Of a DNA stretch of 64,000 nt, positions 1 through 9,374 are shown piece after piece; positions within the stretch are counted from its first letter, which is position 1, and each line of letters starts with the position of its first letter. A program made the position numbers and the translations under genes. The DNA comes from a virus. The notes beneath the pieces are model-generated. The model was not told the DNA's origin. It made no database searches and saw only the letters and a program-made list of their open reading frames with translations. Location: positions 1-64,000 of the IMG/VR virus record IMGVR_UViG_3300031758_000036; one strand, 5' to 3'.

Positions 1-123
1 CCTACTGTTATTACTGCTCTTCGTGAAGTCATCAACCAACTCCAACAATGTTCTGCTACTCATCCTGCCTTTATTTCTTGTCCTGATTTATTAGAATTAT
101 GTGAGGAGATTGAAAAGTTGTGA
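1..123 (+). CDS. Partial small hypothetical protein, paralog of 872..1045
   Basis: Frame 1 reads PTVITALREVINQLQQCSATHPAFISCPDLLELCEEIEKL*, similar to ALRELVNQLQQ...CYDILEIAKELENV of 872..1045. Confidence 0.6.
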   Translation, partial: PTVITALREVINQLQQCSATHPAFISCPDLLELCEEIEKL

Positions 124-187
124 ATAACAATTGGAAAACCAACGGAACATCTGACCAGCATTGTGACATCCAGAGGTTTGTAAGAGT

Positions 188-406
188 ATGAAATACAACA
201 GACCCATGAATGTCTTTGAGAAACTCCAAGCAGGTTGGTGGTGGACAGGACAAATCTTTTCAGAATGGTGTTATACTATGACAAATGATGAATGCTGGGA
301 GTTCTTCAGCTATCTTCAAACTGATTATGTGAAATATGAAGAGGATATGTATTATGAGAATGGTGCCCGACGAACTGGCACAGGGGTACTCCAAAGTCCC
401 CGGTAA
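188..406 (+). CDS. Hypothetical phage protein
   Basis: 72-aa ORF in a tightly packed + strand cluster. Confidence 0.55.
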   Translation: MKYNRPMNVFEKLQAGWWWTGQIFSEWCYTMTNDECWEFFSYLQTDYVKYEEDMYYENGARRTGTGVLQSPR

Positions 407-439
407 TGCCTTATTATACTCTCGTAGATAAAGAAACCG

Positions 440-637
440 ATGCCTACTCCTAAAGAAACATACGAATATGTTGAACAACTGATTGATAAAGAACTCACTA
501 AAACACTCAAAGAACTTAGCAAATGGGGTGAAGAAACTGACCCATTTGTAGATAAAAAGAAACAAGAACTCAAAGAACTTTACAAACACTTGGAGAATAT
601 CCAACAAATGAAATCTTCTTATCTTTGGGGACGATGA
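440..637 (+). CDS. Hypothetical phage protein
   Basis: 65-aa ORF, helical, co-oriented with neighbours. Confidence 0.6.
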   Translation: MPTPKETYEYVEQLIDKELTKTLKELSKWGEETDPFVDKKKQELKELYKHLENIQQMKSSYLWGR

Positions 638-678
638 CCCTTACAATCCTTATAATACACGCATAAGCAACCAAACCG

Positions 679-870
679 ATGACTGAATTCTCTCAAAAAC
701 GATTTGTTGATTTGGGACAAGCTCTTTATACTGAATGGTTGAAGTCCGCAACTGGTCTTCAAAATATCACAGAGCAAGAACGACGGAAATTATTCAAATT
801 CGCAGCACAGACTGCCTTTGAGGCAGTAGAAGAGTTTGCTGATGTGTTTCGTAATCAGGAGGATAACTGA
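679..870 (+). CDS. Hypothetical phage protein
   Basis: 63-aa ORF abutting the next gene. Confidence 0.6.
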   Translation: MTEFSQKRFVDLGQALYTEWLKSATGLQNITEQERRKLFKFAAQTAFEAVEEFADVFRNQEDN

Positions 871-871
871 A

Positions 872-1045
872 ATGACTAACCTTTCTCCCAAAGCAAAGGC
901 AATTATAGAGGCATATGAAACTACTTATACTGAAAGCGGTTTAGTTGCTGCTCTCCGTGAGTTAGTCAATCAACTTCAACAATCTCCTGGTGTTTTGATG
1001 TGCTATGATATTCTTGAGATTGCTAAAGAATTGGAGAATGTATGA
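872..1045 (+). CDS. Hypothetical phage protein
   Basis: ATG at 872 after GGAGG; stop overlaps the next start (ATGA). Confidence 0.65.
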   Translation: MTNLSPKAKAIIEAYETTYTESGLVAALRELVNQLQQSPGVLMCYDILEIAKELENV

Positions 1046-1620
1046 TGACTGAAATTCAAAAAGTAAAAGCAGAAATTAAAATGCTTGAAAAGAAGCTCTC
1101 ATTCTTGGAAGAACTGGAAAAAACAAAATCACCAGTAGAAGAAGCATTCAAAGACTGGTGGGGACAGTATCCTGAGACTGGAAATTGGGACAGCACCGAT
1201 GACGCAAGGTGGCTAGGCTTTCGTGCAGGTTATCATCTTGCCTACCAGGAAAAGATCGCAGAGTGGGAGCCAACTCCACAAACCCCAAGCGAAATAGAAC
1301 AAGGATTGAAAAATGCTTTTAAAACAGCAAAAGAAAACGGAGTATTTGACGACTCGATATCCGACACAAAGCAACGTATTTTACACCAAAGCAAGCAAGT
1401 AGCAGCCTACATGGAGAAACAGAGCCAACCGTTTTGGAGTCGTATTGGCGGCAATACTGGACCTTACGATCTGGGACCAGCAGAAATTGCAAACATCTTG
1501 AATTTAATCGCAGATGAAGTTGAACATCGTGGTGAAATTGATTATGACCGCGACCCAGGTGAAACCGCTGAATGGCTGAGACATGAAGCGGAAAAGGCTG
1601 TGTTGAGCATTGAGTCATGA
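1042..1620 (+). CDS. Hypothetical phage protein
   Basis: 192-aa ORF, translationally coupled on both sides. Confidence 0.7.
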   Translation: MMTEIQKVKAEIKMLEKKLSFLEELEKTKSPVEEAFKDWWGQYPETGNWDSTDDARWLGFRAGYHLAYQEKIAEWEPTPQTPSEIEQGLKNAFKTAKENGVFDDSISDTKQRILHQSKQVAAYMEKQSQPFWSRIGGNTGPYDLGPAEIANILNLIADEVEHRGEIDYDRDPGETAEWLRHEAEKAVLSIES

Positions 1621-2282
1621 AGTTTTTAATCGAACCACTGCTTACACCAGAGCAGTGTATTGACGCGCTGCGTGCTTTGAATGATGTAAATGCTGATTGG
1701 CGGCCCGGTACTGATACCGCCGGTTGGTACGCCAAAACCGTTAAGCGAAATCGGCAACTACATCCAGATAGTCACATAAGAAAACGTCTAGCATTAAACA
1801 TTGAAAAGTGCTTGTTGGCGGATCCATTGCTGCAGGCTGCTGCATTTCCACGTTCTGTTCACAATATCCTGTTCAATCGTTACGGCATTGACGAGGGCTA
1901 CGGCAGTCACGTAGACAATCCATGGATGGCTGGTAATCGCTCTGACCTGTCGTTTACGTTAGCACTAAGTAATCCTGATGATTATGAAGGCGGTGCTCTG
2001 GTTCTGGAATCACCAACCGGTGAAGAATCTTTCCGCCCGAAACAAGGCCATGCCTTGATATACCCCAGTACGATGTTACATCGAGTGGAACCAGTCACAG
2101 CCGGTGAACGATTCGCAGCGGTTGGTTGGATTGAAAGTCATATTCGCCACGCAGATCAACGTGAACTGCTGTTCGAATTAGATACAGCTCGACGGGTATC
2201 ATTTGAACGCAATGGCAAGGATCGGGTATTTGATCTAATTACTCGCAGCTACAGTAACCTGCTGCGCCGTTGGGATAGCTGA
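1617..2282 (+). CDS. PKHD-type Fe(II)/2-oxoglutarate hydroxylase (PiuC/YbiX-like)
   Basis: FNRY..YGSHVDN (HxD), RSDLSFTL, YEGGAL, YPSTMLHRVEPVTAGER..VGW and C-terminal NLLRRW. Confidence 0.9.
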   Translation: MKFLIEPLLTPEQCIDALRALNDVNADWRPGTDTAGWYAKTVKRNRQLHPDSHIRKRLALNIEKCLLADPLLQAAAFPRSVHNILFNRYGIDEGYGSHVDNPWMAGNRSDLSFTLALSNPDDYEGGALVLESPTGEESFRPKQGHALIYPSTMLHRVEPVTAGERFAAVGWIESHIRHADQRELLFELDTARRVSFERNGKDRVFDLITRSYSNLLRRWDS

Positions 2283-2287
2283 TCGGT

Positions 2288-2485
2288 ATGTCAAAAAAGA
2301 AAAGATGGCTTTATTATCTTTATTGCGCACTTGGACAGAAATCACATCCAAGTTGCAATAAAACTGCCGATCGCGTTGCTTTTATTCGTCTGGTAATAAC
2401 CACGCAAATCATGGTCACCAATATCTTCATAATGACTGGCGTTGTTGTCAACATCCTGTCAATCATTCACCATTGGTCTAATTAG
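2288..2485 (+). CDS. Small predicted membrane protein
   Basis: ALGQK...ADRVAFIR followed by a hydrophobic stretch. Confidence 0.6.
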   Translation: MSKKKRWLYYLYCALGQKSHPSCNKTADRVAFIRLVITTQIMVTNIFIMTGVVVNILSIIHHWSN

Positions 2486-2547
2486 ATACTGGTGAGACGT
2501 TGGCCTTGACAGGTCTGCTAAGATATGTCGGGCACAACAAATTTCCA

Positions 2548-2916
2548 GTGCCTTCATCGATTACATCAGTGGACCACAATCTGCACACCATTAAAATCAC
2601 TGGTCATTTGACCTTTGACTCCAAACACAAAAGTTTTCGTGCTGCCTTTCGGGATTTTACAGAAAATCCAAACAATGAAGGTATCCAACTGCAGATCACA
2701 GATATGTTGAACACTGATCTGCCTTCCTTGGAAATTGGGGCCAAAATATCCATCTCCAGGATCATCGAAAGTGTAACTGATACACGTTTTGCACAAGTTG
2801 ATAAGTCAAAACCACAAGTGGTCAGAAACACTGTGGAAAACGTTATTCCGATCCGTAAAGAGCTTAAAACACGGCAAACTGCCGACGAAAACAGTAGTGA
2901 TCTTTGCTTTTACTGA
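2548..2916 (+). CDS. Hypothetical protein
   Basis: ORF 2500..2916; GTG at 2548 is a plausible start. Confidence 0.55.
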   Translation: MPSSITSVDHNLHTIKITGHLTFDSKHKSFRAAFRDFTENPNNEGIQLQITDMLNTDLPSLEIGAKISISRIIESVTDTRFAQVDKSKPQVVRNTVENVIPIRKELKTRQTADENSSDLCFY

Positions 2917-2918
2917 TC

Positions 2919-3275
2919 ATGAGTTACGACATTTACCTGTGTGACCCCGTAACTGGTGAAACCATTGTTTTGGATGAGCCCCACTTCCTCAGGGGTGGCA
3001 CCTACGCAACTGATGGCTCCCTTGAGATGCACCTGAATGTGACGTATAACTACCGCAAAGCATTCACCAAGACATTGGGTGAAAAAGGCATTCGTACTAT
3101 TTACGGCATCTCAGCCGCTGATACCATCCCACTGTTCGATAAAGCTATCGATAAATTGGCCGATGATAAAACTGATTACTACTGGGATCCAACCGAAGGA
3201 AATGCTAAAGCGGCCTTGATCCAACTAAGGGCTCTTGCTAAGATGCGTCCTGATGGCATTTGGAAAGGTGACTAA
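2919..3275 (+). CDS. Conserved-looking hypothetical phage protein
   Basis: MSYDIYL...NVTYNY...YWDPTEGNAKAAL...RPDGIW. Confidence 0.75.
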   Translation: MSYDIYLCDPVTGETIVLDEPHFLRGGTYATDGSLEMHLNVTYNYRKAFTKTLGEKGIRTIYGISAADTIPLFDKAIDKLADDKTDYYWDPTEGNAKAALIQLRALAKMRPDGIWKGD

Positions 3276-3553
3276 TGGACAGTATCCGCTCCCTGTATGT
3301 CGAGATGCTGGAGGAACTGGAGGTCTTCAGCTCTGACGATCAATACAGCCTGGACCTGCAAAGGCGTGCTGCAGCGGCCCTAGAGCATGCTGACAGCACC
3401 AAGCAGCCATGGCCAATCCAACTGCCCGCTCAACCGCCCCTAGAGGCCTGGATGGAAGTTGCTAAAAACCGCGAAGCCTCATTGACCTATTTGAAGGATG
3501 CTGGCATTCTGGGTGCTGATGGGGAGCTTGTTCCTCATCTGCGACCTGACTAA
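3275..3553 (+). CDS. Hypothetical protein
   Basis: Coupled ORF (TAATG). Confidence 0.65.
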   Translation: MDSIRSLYVEMLEELEVFSSDDQYSLDLQRRAAAALEHADSTKQPWPIQLPAQPPLEAWMEVAKNREASLTYLKDAGILGADGELVPHLRPD

Positions 3554-3747
3554 TGACTCAGCCCGATCCACTGCCCCAAAACCTGACGGCAGATCAATGG
3601 CAGCGCCTTCTGGTGTCTGCCATTTATTTGTTGCAAAATTCCTCTGATCCTGCAACCGATCTAAAATACAGCCGCTGGTTAGTTGACCAATGGCAACTTG
3701 ATCAGCAACGCATTATCCATCAACAAAATGAACAAATCAACAACTGA
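3553..3747 (+). CDS. Hypothetical protein
   Basis: Coupled ORF (TAATG). Confidence 0.55.
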   Translation: MTQPDPLPQNLTADQWQRLLVSAIYLLQNSSDPATDLKYSRWLVDQWQLDQQRIIHQQNEQINN

Positions 3748-3907
3748 ACCGTGTCGTTTTAATCCAATGGCACAGCAATATATTGGCGCTCCAATCGGAA
3801 TGTTTCACTGCCCATTATGTGGCGAAATGGTACTGGCTGGCATGCCACACCCAGATTACAGCGCATGGGATTTGATTGATGCCGATAAACAGGGGGTAAA
3901 TTCATGA
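3728..3907 (+). CDS. Small CxxC zinc-ribbon-like protein
   Basis: MFHCPLCGEMVLAGMPHPDY. Confidence 0.6.
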   Translation: MNKSTTEPCRFNPMAQQYIGAPIGMFHCPLCGEMVLAGMPHPDYSAWDLIDADKQGVNS

Positions 3908-4083
3908 AACCCAAACTCCGAGTAATTTTGGAAAATGCTATCGAAGAAGGTGTTCGATATGGTTACCGTCGTGCTCATAAGCATGTGGCTGAACCAACTG
4001 AAGAATCAATCATCGAAGCAATTGAAGATGCTGTAATGTCCAGTATTACTGAATACTTTTCATTTGAGGATACGGACTTCTGA
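3904..4083 (+). CDS. Small hypothetical protein (59 aa, not in ORF track)
   Basis: MKPKLRVILENAIEEGVRYGYRRAHKH...; ATGA overlap with the previous stop. Confidence 0.7.
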   Translation: MKPKLRVILENAIEEGVRYGYRRAHKHVAEPTEESIIEAIEDAVMSSITEYFSFEDTDF

Positions 4084-4502
4084 TGACCGAAGCAGAACAC
4101 GCCCATTGCTTAGCATATGCACTCAGAAATGTACTGAGCTACCCAGACAGCCAAAATGCCCTGGAATTGGCTCAAAAGACTTTAATCGCTTATTTCAGTA
4201 CACCACACCCTGAACTGAACAATGTTAATCATTCCAACTTCCCAGGTTGAAGAGTGGGAAGCAGAGTACAATCGCTTACAACTGAATAAGCAAATCTCAT
4301 TAGTCTCATTTTTGACTCATTGTGCAGCTACCTGGGGTTACGGCCAAGGCCTGACGGCAATGAACAATTTATTTAACATTGACCCCGAATGGCAATAAAA
4401 CTTCATTACACCTTAGTAACTTAGACAATACCGAAAACACTATTCAGATCACTTGACCCCTTTTCATTTGGCTGTAGCATATGTACGACAACAGCTCCAC
4501 CA

Positions 4503-4766
4503 ATGGAAATCAGTCTTAATCCCGATCATCATCCCATCATGCAATTGAAGGATGATTTGGAAAATTTCCTAGAAGCAATAGACCCACATCCGGGTAGCGA
4601 GTTATTCGTTACTGGTCACAGATTTATCCATCAGCTATCAGAGTTACATGATTTGTATGTGATGGAATATCACATCGAATACATCGAATCATGTTGGCAA
4701 ATACCCGAATTCATCAATCCAAACCCCAATCAATCAAAGAAAGAAAGTGGACAAAGAAAGAAATAG
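4503..4766 (+). CDS. Hypothetical protein
   Basis: 87-aa ORF preceded by a promoter-like TTGACC-N16-TAGCAT. Confidence 0.55.
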   Translation: MEISLNPDHHPIMQLKDDLENFLEAIDPHPGSELFVTGHRFIHQLSELHDLYVMEYHIEYIESCWQIPEFINPNPNQSKKESGQRKK

Positions 4767-4792
4767 ATAAATATTATCTATAGAGTATATAT

Positions 4793-5036
4793 TATATTAT
4801 CTATAGATAAAAGTTATAGAAGTAACTATTGGTTTAACCCCTCTTAATTCTTTTACTACTACTACACCGACATGACGAGGAGTGAATTACATAGAATCAT
4901 TTACGTCAGTAAATGGTTTTATGTAATTCAGCTCCGAAGGAATGTCACTTGAGTACGTAGACCGCAAGGGATCGGCTTTATTATTGCAAGTCTCAAGCGT
5001 AAGTACCTTAATGTTATTTTATCTATAGATAATATA
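4793..5036. repeat. Non-coding element bounded by 20-bp perfect inverted repeats, with an internal 22-bp hairpin
   Basis: TATATTATCTATAGATAAAA at 4793-4812 and its exact reverse complement at 5017-5036; hairpin at 4883-4930. Confidence 0.8.
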
Positions 5037-5091
5037 TAATCTATATAGTGTTATATTATTTATGCTATGGGGGAAGCTACCTCTGATCGCC

Positions 5092-5295
5092 ATGTCCACT
5101 GAACAATCAATGCCTACGGTTGCTGATGCCACCACAGCGCTGAAACAACTGCAATCAGACCTGTTGGAACTGATTGCTAACTATGAAAACCATTATGGCG
5201 TTTGCATCAACACCATCGATGTGAATCACCTGATAGCTATCGGCTACCCACGACGTACTGCCAGGGTATTGCTGACTGCTGAATTGATGGTTTGA
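5092..5295 (+). CDS. Hypothetical protein
   Basis: ORF 5062..5295; likely start MSTEQ. Confidence 0.55.
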   Translation: MSTEQSMPTVADATTALKQLQSDLLELIANYENHYGVCINTIDVNHLIAIGYPRRTARVLLTAELMV

Positions 5296-5581
5296 TCCTG
5301 GGGCTCGTCAGCGCTATCTAGGGGGCCCTGGAAGGTGCTTGTGGGGGCATTCAGGTGTACTGACACCGGAGGGGTTGTTTCAGGCCCCTTGCGGGCGATT
5401 TAAACGCCATGTTTCACTTCGTTGGCTGGTATCGCAATTTTCACGTTTTTTGATATTTCCTGAAAATTGAAAATTGTTACAAATTATACAGTCTCACCTG
5501 TCTCAAATCAGTCTCAAATCAGACTGGGCCTGGTTTTGACCTATTTATAGGTACCGTATTTTTGAGAAAATTTTTGCTGTT

Positions 5582-5974
5582 TTATGATCTTATTAATTGA
5601 CCGTCACTATAACCATTCTGGTACAATGGACACATTGACATGTATTGCCATATCAGTGTTCTGATACGTTGTACCTCCATTTGTGGTGTGTAATTATTAT
5701 TTCCTTTTGCCTGTTCCCACTCTAAAACATCCGCTTTGGTAAGTACTCTACCACTAGACTCATTGTTCAGATCACTCAGTTTAGTTTGAGCAGTCTCAAA
5801 TTGATCAATTAAGTCTAGGACACTAAAGACAGCATCACTAGAGATAGCACCGAGATCATTCATAGATACGGTGATTTGGTCAATTTGATAACTACCTATT
5901 GTCAGACCGCTAGCAATAAGTAGCCGAACTTGATCACCTTGTGACCAGCCATAGGTAGTATTTAAAGTCGCCAT
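5582..5974 (-). CDS. Putative structural protein (head-tail adaptor-like)
   Basis: 130 aa with LTKADVLEW; preceded on the minus strand by the late-promoter-like GGAACCATA motif. Confidence 0.45.
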   Translation of the reverse strand: MATLNTTYGWSQGDQVRLLIASGLTIGSYQIDQITVSMNDLGAISSDAVFSVLDLIDQFETAQTKLSDLNNESSGRVLTKADVLEWEQAKGNNNYTPQMEVQRIRTLIWQYMSMCPLYQNGYSDGQLIRS

Positions 5975-6046
5975 TTCCAGTGAAGTGTTGATACTTTATG
6001 GTTCCATTGGTGTTAGACTGGGTGAATAATATACCTTATAATATAT

Positions 6047-6268
6047 ATGGTAACAGCAAAGAAGTTTATCGAGTGCAATGTTGAGCTGGCACTGAGGGAT
6101 GCGATGGCGTTATGGTTGGCTATTGATTCTCAAGATGAGATTGCAGTGAGACAGTTATTACGGGAATTTGAGGCGTCTTATCCTGTTGGATATGGTAAGC
6201 AAGTAACTGTAAAAACACTGGCATTATTGTCGCCGGCCGACAAGGAATGGCTGCGTGAATTGTATTAG
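6047..6268 (+). CDS. Hypothetical protein
   Basis: 73-aa ORF preceded by TAGACT/TATAAT. Confidence 0.55.
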   Translation: MVTAKKFIECNVELALRDAMALWLAIDSQDEIAVRQLLREFEASYPVGYGKQVTVKTLALLSPADKEWLRELY

Positions 6269-6376
6269 CGTGAACATAATTCCTTGAGTTTCTTAATGAA
6301 ACCTAGAAAGTGCGTTTTTTTCTGTTTTGTAACAACGTGAACATAAATCGCTGAGTTTCTTAATGAAACCTAGAAA
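6269..6376. repeat. 41-bp imperfect direct repeat, two copies
   Basis: CGTGAACATAA...TGAGTTTCTTAATGAAACCTAGAAA at 6269-6309 and 6336-6376. Confidence 0.85.
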
Positions 6377-6545
6377 AACCCTGAAGCGCATGGGAGTGTT
6401 AAGAAATGTTACAGATGGCTGGGATCCGGAGCGGGTGCGCCGGCGTGGCGCGATCGTGAACGCCCAACGGGCGGTCGCCCACGATCACCATCTACGCTGT
6501 GTGGGGATCAAAACGCCATAACACTAGCATTATACTAATGACAAT

Positions 6546-6569
6546 AAAAAACGCCCCAAGATGAGGCGC
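6546..6569 (-). terminator. Rho-independent terminator
   Basis: GCGCC stem-loop followed by a T-run on the minus strand, downstream of the PcfJ-like gene. Confidence 0.6.
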
Positions 6570-6588
6570 TTGAGTGTAGTTAATCGCT

Positions 6589-8313
6589 TCAGGCTGGCGT
6601 TAGCTGTTGCAGGGCCATTCCGAACGCTTCGGTGTACTGACTCTTTTCAGTATCGCTAAGCCGGCGGTTGCATGTGTCGGCAATCTGATCCACATTCAGG
6701 CTGCCATTGCTGAGCTTCAGTTGAATGGTGAAACGCGGGACATTATCAATCATTGCCAGAACGATAAAGTGCGTTTTACTTTTGATTCCCTTCCGGTAGG
6801 TATCTGCATTCCCCACACAATTCCGAACTGCCCGCCCCCACGCGGCAAGTTGATGGACATCTTGTGGCTGAAAAAACGACCACCGTTGCCCAGATAGATC
6901 CACCCGAACCGGCTCTGGAAAGAGATCCTGGTGCAATCTTTCATTAGGCGTAGACAGTTTGAAGCATTCTGCTGAAACGTAATCATGGAACTCCGTAATG
7001 CGCCAGCGGTTCGGTTTAGCAAGTTCGAGCGGTTGGTTTTCATCGTAGTTGCCGGTTTTCTTGGTTTGAGCGTAGTGAAGTTGATCGAGCATGCCAAGAG
7101 TATCTTCCAGTTCTCGCATGCGGCCAGTGGTCAGGCCAGTGGTGGAACTTCTGTCGTAATCAACCTTGCGGGGATTACCTGCCCATTCTTCCGTTAATTT
7201 GGCGACTTCTTTCTCCATGATTTGAATGAAAGAAGCTATTGGCGTGTTGTTGCGGATCCAGTCTTTGGTGGCTTTGCTTGCATCTGGGCCACGTTCGATG
7301 TGAGTTGTAAGGTTGTAAACTTGCTGGCAATGGTCTAGCGTCGCATCAGGATAGAATTGCAGAAAGTCAGTGAGCACATTGAATTTGTGACAGAAAGCCG
7401 CCCAAGGCCGTTTGACTGCTTGACGAGAATCGTTACCTGGATCCAGATAGACTTTCAAGCATTCGTCGAATGCCTTGTTAAGTTCTTTCCTGAAGAAAGG
7501 TGTATCCAGAGCTGACTTAGCCTTTTCACACTTGTGGCGCAGTAGCCAGTTAGTTGCTATTTCATTAAAACTGCGATCGTCGTCATTCTCAAGATCCGGC
7601 CAGAAGCAACGGCGAATGTCATTGTTTTCTTTAATACGCGTAAACATACCACCTTCATCATTCCATTGTCCCAGACTTGTCCTTAGGAGTCGTTTCCAAT
7701 CCTGATAGCGTTGGCGCTTATGGTAGTCAGTCCTGCCCCAACCTTTCAGTAGGTTCTCACCGGGAATTGCGTCAAAGCCTTTCAGAATGAGATCAGTGGT
7801 GACATGCACGGTGTGTTCGATCATCCCAAGGCGACCGTACTTTCTTTCAGCAGTGACACAAACGTCTGCAAGTCTAAGTACTTCAGAGTGTTTTTTCTTC
7901 CACCCAACTGAAGACTGCAGGATGCCACCAGCTCGCTGTACTGTTGCCGGAGTGTTTTTGTAAGCAATAGTGCAGCCAAACAGGTAATCCTTAGGATTCT
8001 GTTTCAGGTAGTTCGGATGCCAAAACCACAGCGCAGTCCAGACCGAAGACTTATGAACCAGAAGCCCAAAGCCCTTTTCATTGTTAATGGTCATTGCCCG
8101 ATCTTTTTCTGTTTCTTCGTTGATGCTGGTGGCGTAAGCCTTCTGTTCTTCTGTTGTAAACAGCTCAACAGGAAACAGGCCCTCGGGAACACCCAGCGAC
8201 ATACGCGGCGAACCGTCAGCCTTCTCTTTCTTGGCGGCCCGGATGATAGGCTTCAGCGCGGGGTCGTATTCTGCGACCTTGGCGGCCAGGGTGTGGGGGA
8301 GCTGGAAGTGCAT
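6589..8313 (-). CDS. PcfJ-like domain protein
   Basis: C-terminal L..WG..VRNCVG...Y...I......IVL....PRFTIQL......QI...CNR pattern; own promoter TTGCGC-N17-TACATT. Confidence 0.75.
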   Translation of the reverse strand: MHFQLPHTLAAKVAEYDPALKPIIRAAKKEKADGSPRMSLGVPEGLFPVELFTTEEQKAYATSINEETEKDRAMTINNEKGFGLLVHKSSVWTALWFWHPNYLKQNPKDYLFGCTIAYKNTPATVQRAGGILQSSVGWKKKHSEVLRLADVCVTAERKYGRLGMIEHTVHVTTDLILKGFDAIPGENLLKGWGRTDYHKRQRYQDWKRLLRTSLGQWNDEGGMFTRIKENNDIRRCFWPDLENDDDRSFNEIATNWLLRHKCEKAKSALDTPFFRKELNKAFDECLKVYLDPGNDSRQAVKRPWAAFCHKFNVLTDFLQFYPDATLDHCQQVYNLTTHIERGPDASKATKDWIRNNTPIASFIQIMEKEVAKLTEEWAGNPRKVDYDRSSTTGLTTGRMRELEDTLGMLDQLHYAQTKKTGNYDENQPLELAKPNRWRITEFHDYVSAECFKLSTPNERLHQDLFPEPVRVDLSGQRWSFFQPQDVHQLAAWGRAVRNCVGNADTYRKGIKSKTHFIVLAMIDNVPRFTIQLKLSNGSLNVDQIADTCNRRLSDTEKSQYTEAFGMALQQLTPA

Positions 8314-8502
8314 GGGTGATTCCCTCTGACTTGTCTAATGTAGCACCCTGGCCTGGCCAGCGCAACGCCCTAACCAGAACAGGATGATGGTTGCAATATA
8401 AGTTAATATAAAGTGGTGAGCGTGACCAACATCTGCCTTCGGCGTTGGTCACGATCTCGCGCCACATCTGCACTGTAATAATTTGTTACAATATAATTAT
8501 TA

Positions 8503-8985
8503 TCAGAACATGCTGCCGATTTCCATATATTGTGGAGTCGGATCATAGTCTTGAATATCTACAACACATTTGCCGTAGTTTTCTATCACATAGGCCAGCC
8601 AACTGGCCAAGTCAGATGCGCTTGTTCCAACCTCTTCATCATCTGAATCGTAGTTGCCTATATTATATTTCAGGCCCCAATCAATGCGATAATTGTCGTC
8701 TATCGAGCCCTTGGTATCGTACCATAGCGGAGTTAATTCATAAGGCAAAATAGCCTGAGAAGCGTCTACCGTAATTTCAGCATTATCAATCGACGGTGAA
8801 TTTAGCAGCGTGCCAATATATTTAAAAAACTGCAGAGGCGTGCCTTCATGATATTCCGTCCGTGATTCCCTTTTTTTAATCTCGCGATTCCACACAACGC
8901 GCATAGTTGACCATTCAACCATACCAGAGGGCTGGGGGCGCGTATCTGTTGCCCAATCGGGCTCAAGCGGGCGAGGGTCGTGCAT
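8503..8985 (-). CDS. Hypothetical early protein
   Basis: 160-aa ORF, leader CAGGGATGAACCCACC-ATG, upstream TATGAT. Confidence 0.7.
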   Translation of the reverse strand: MHDPRPLEPDWATDTRPQPSGMVEWSTMRVVWNREIKKRESRTEYHEGTPLQFFKYIGTLLNSPSIDNAEITVDASQAILPYELTPLWYDTKGSIDDNYRIDWGLKYNIGNYDSDDEEVGTSASDLASWLAYVIENYGKCVVDIQDYDPTPQYMEIGSMF

Positions 8986-9020
8986 GGTGGGTTCATCCCT
9001 GTTGCCCTTAGATCATAGCA

Positions 9021-9044
9021 TAAAAAAGGGGGCCCGGTGGCCCC
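9021..9044 (-). terminator. Rho-independent terminator
   Basis: GGGGCC-ACCG-GGCCCC followed by a T-run on the minus strand. Confidence 0.7.
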
Positions 9045-9053
9045 GTAATGAAA

Positions 9054-9374
9054 CTAATCATAAGCCCAAATCTCTCCCGATTCGGCCCATGGTGGTCGCG
9101 ATAATTTCTGCCATTCCGCTATTTCTGTGAAGTCCAATTGCTCGCCTGATTGTTTTTTAGTTTTCAGAATCTTGTACCTTTCTTTGTATTGATGATACAA
9201 CTGCCAGTCAAAGTTTGACGGCAAAGGTGAGGGCCCATACTTAGCTTTATTGTAAGCCTTCTCAGCCAATGGCAATAATGCTACCGCGCCAAGTGCAACC
9301 AATAAAAAAGGTGATGCTGGCAGGGCTGAGAATGAGCCAGTATTTTCATCGTAAGCCCATTTAATTTCGCTCAT
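9054..9374 (-). CDS. Hypothetical protein with a predicted membrane segment
   Basis: Hydrophobic FLLVALGAVALLPLA; abuts the upstream gene. Confidence 0.65.
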   Translation of the reverse strand: MSEIKWAYDENTGSFSALPASPFLLVALGAVALLPLAEKAYNKAKYGPSPLPSNFDWQLYHQYKERYKILKTKKQSGEQLDFTEIAEWQKLSRPPWAESGEIWAYD

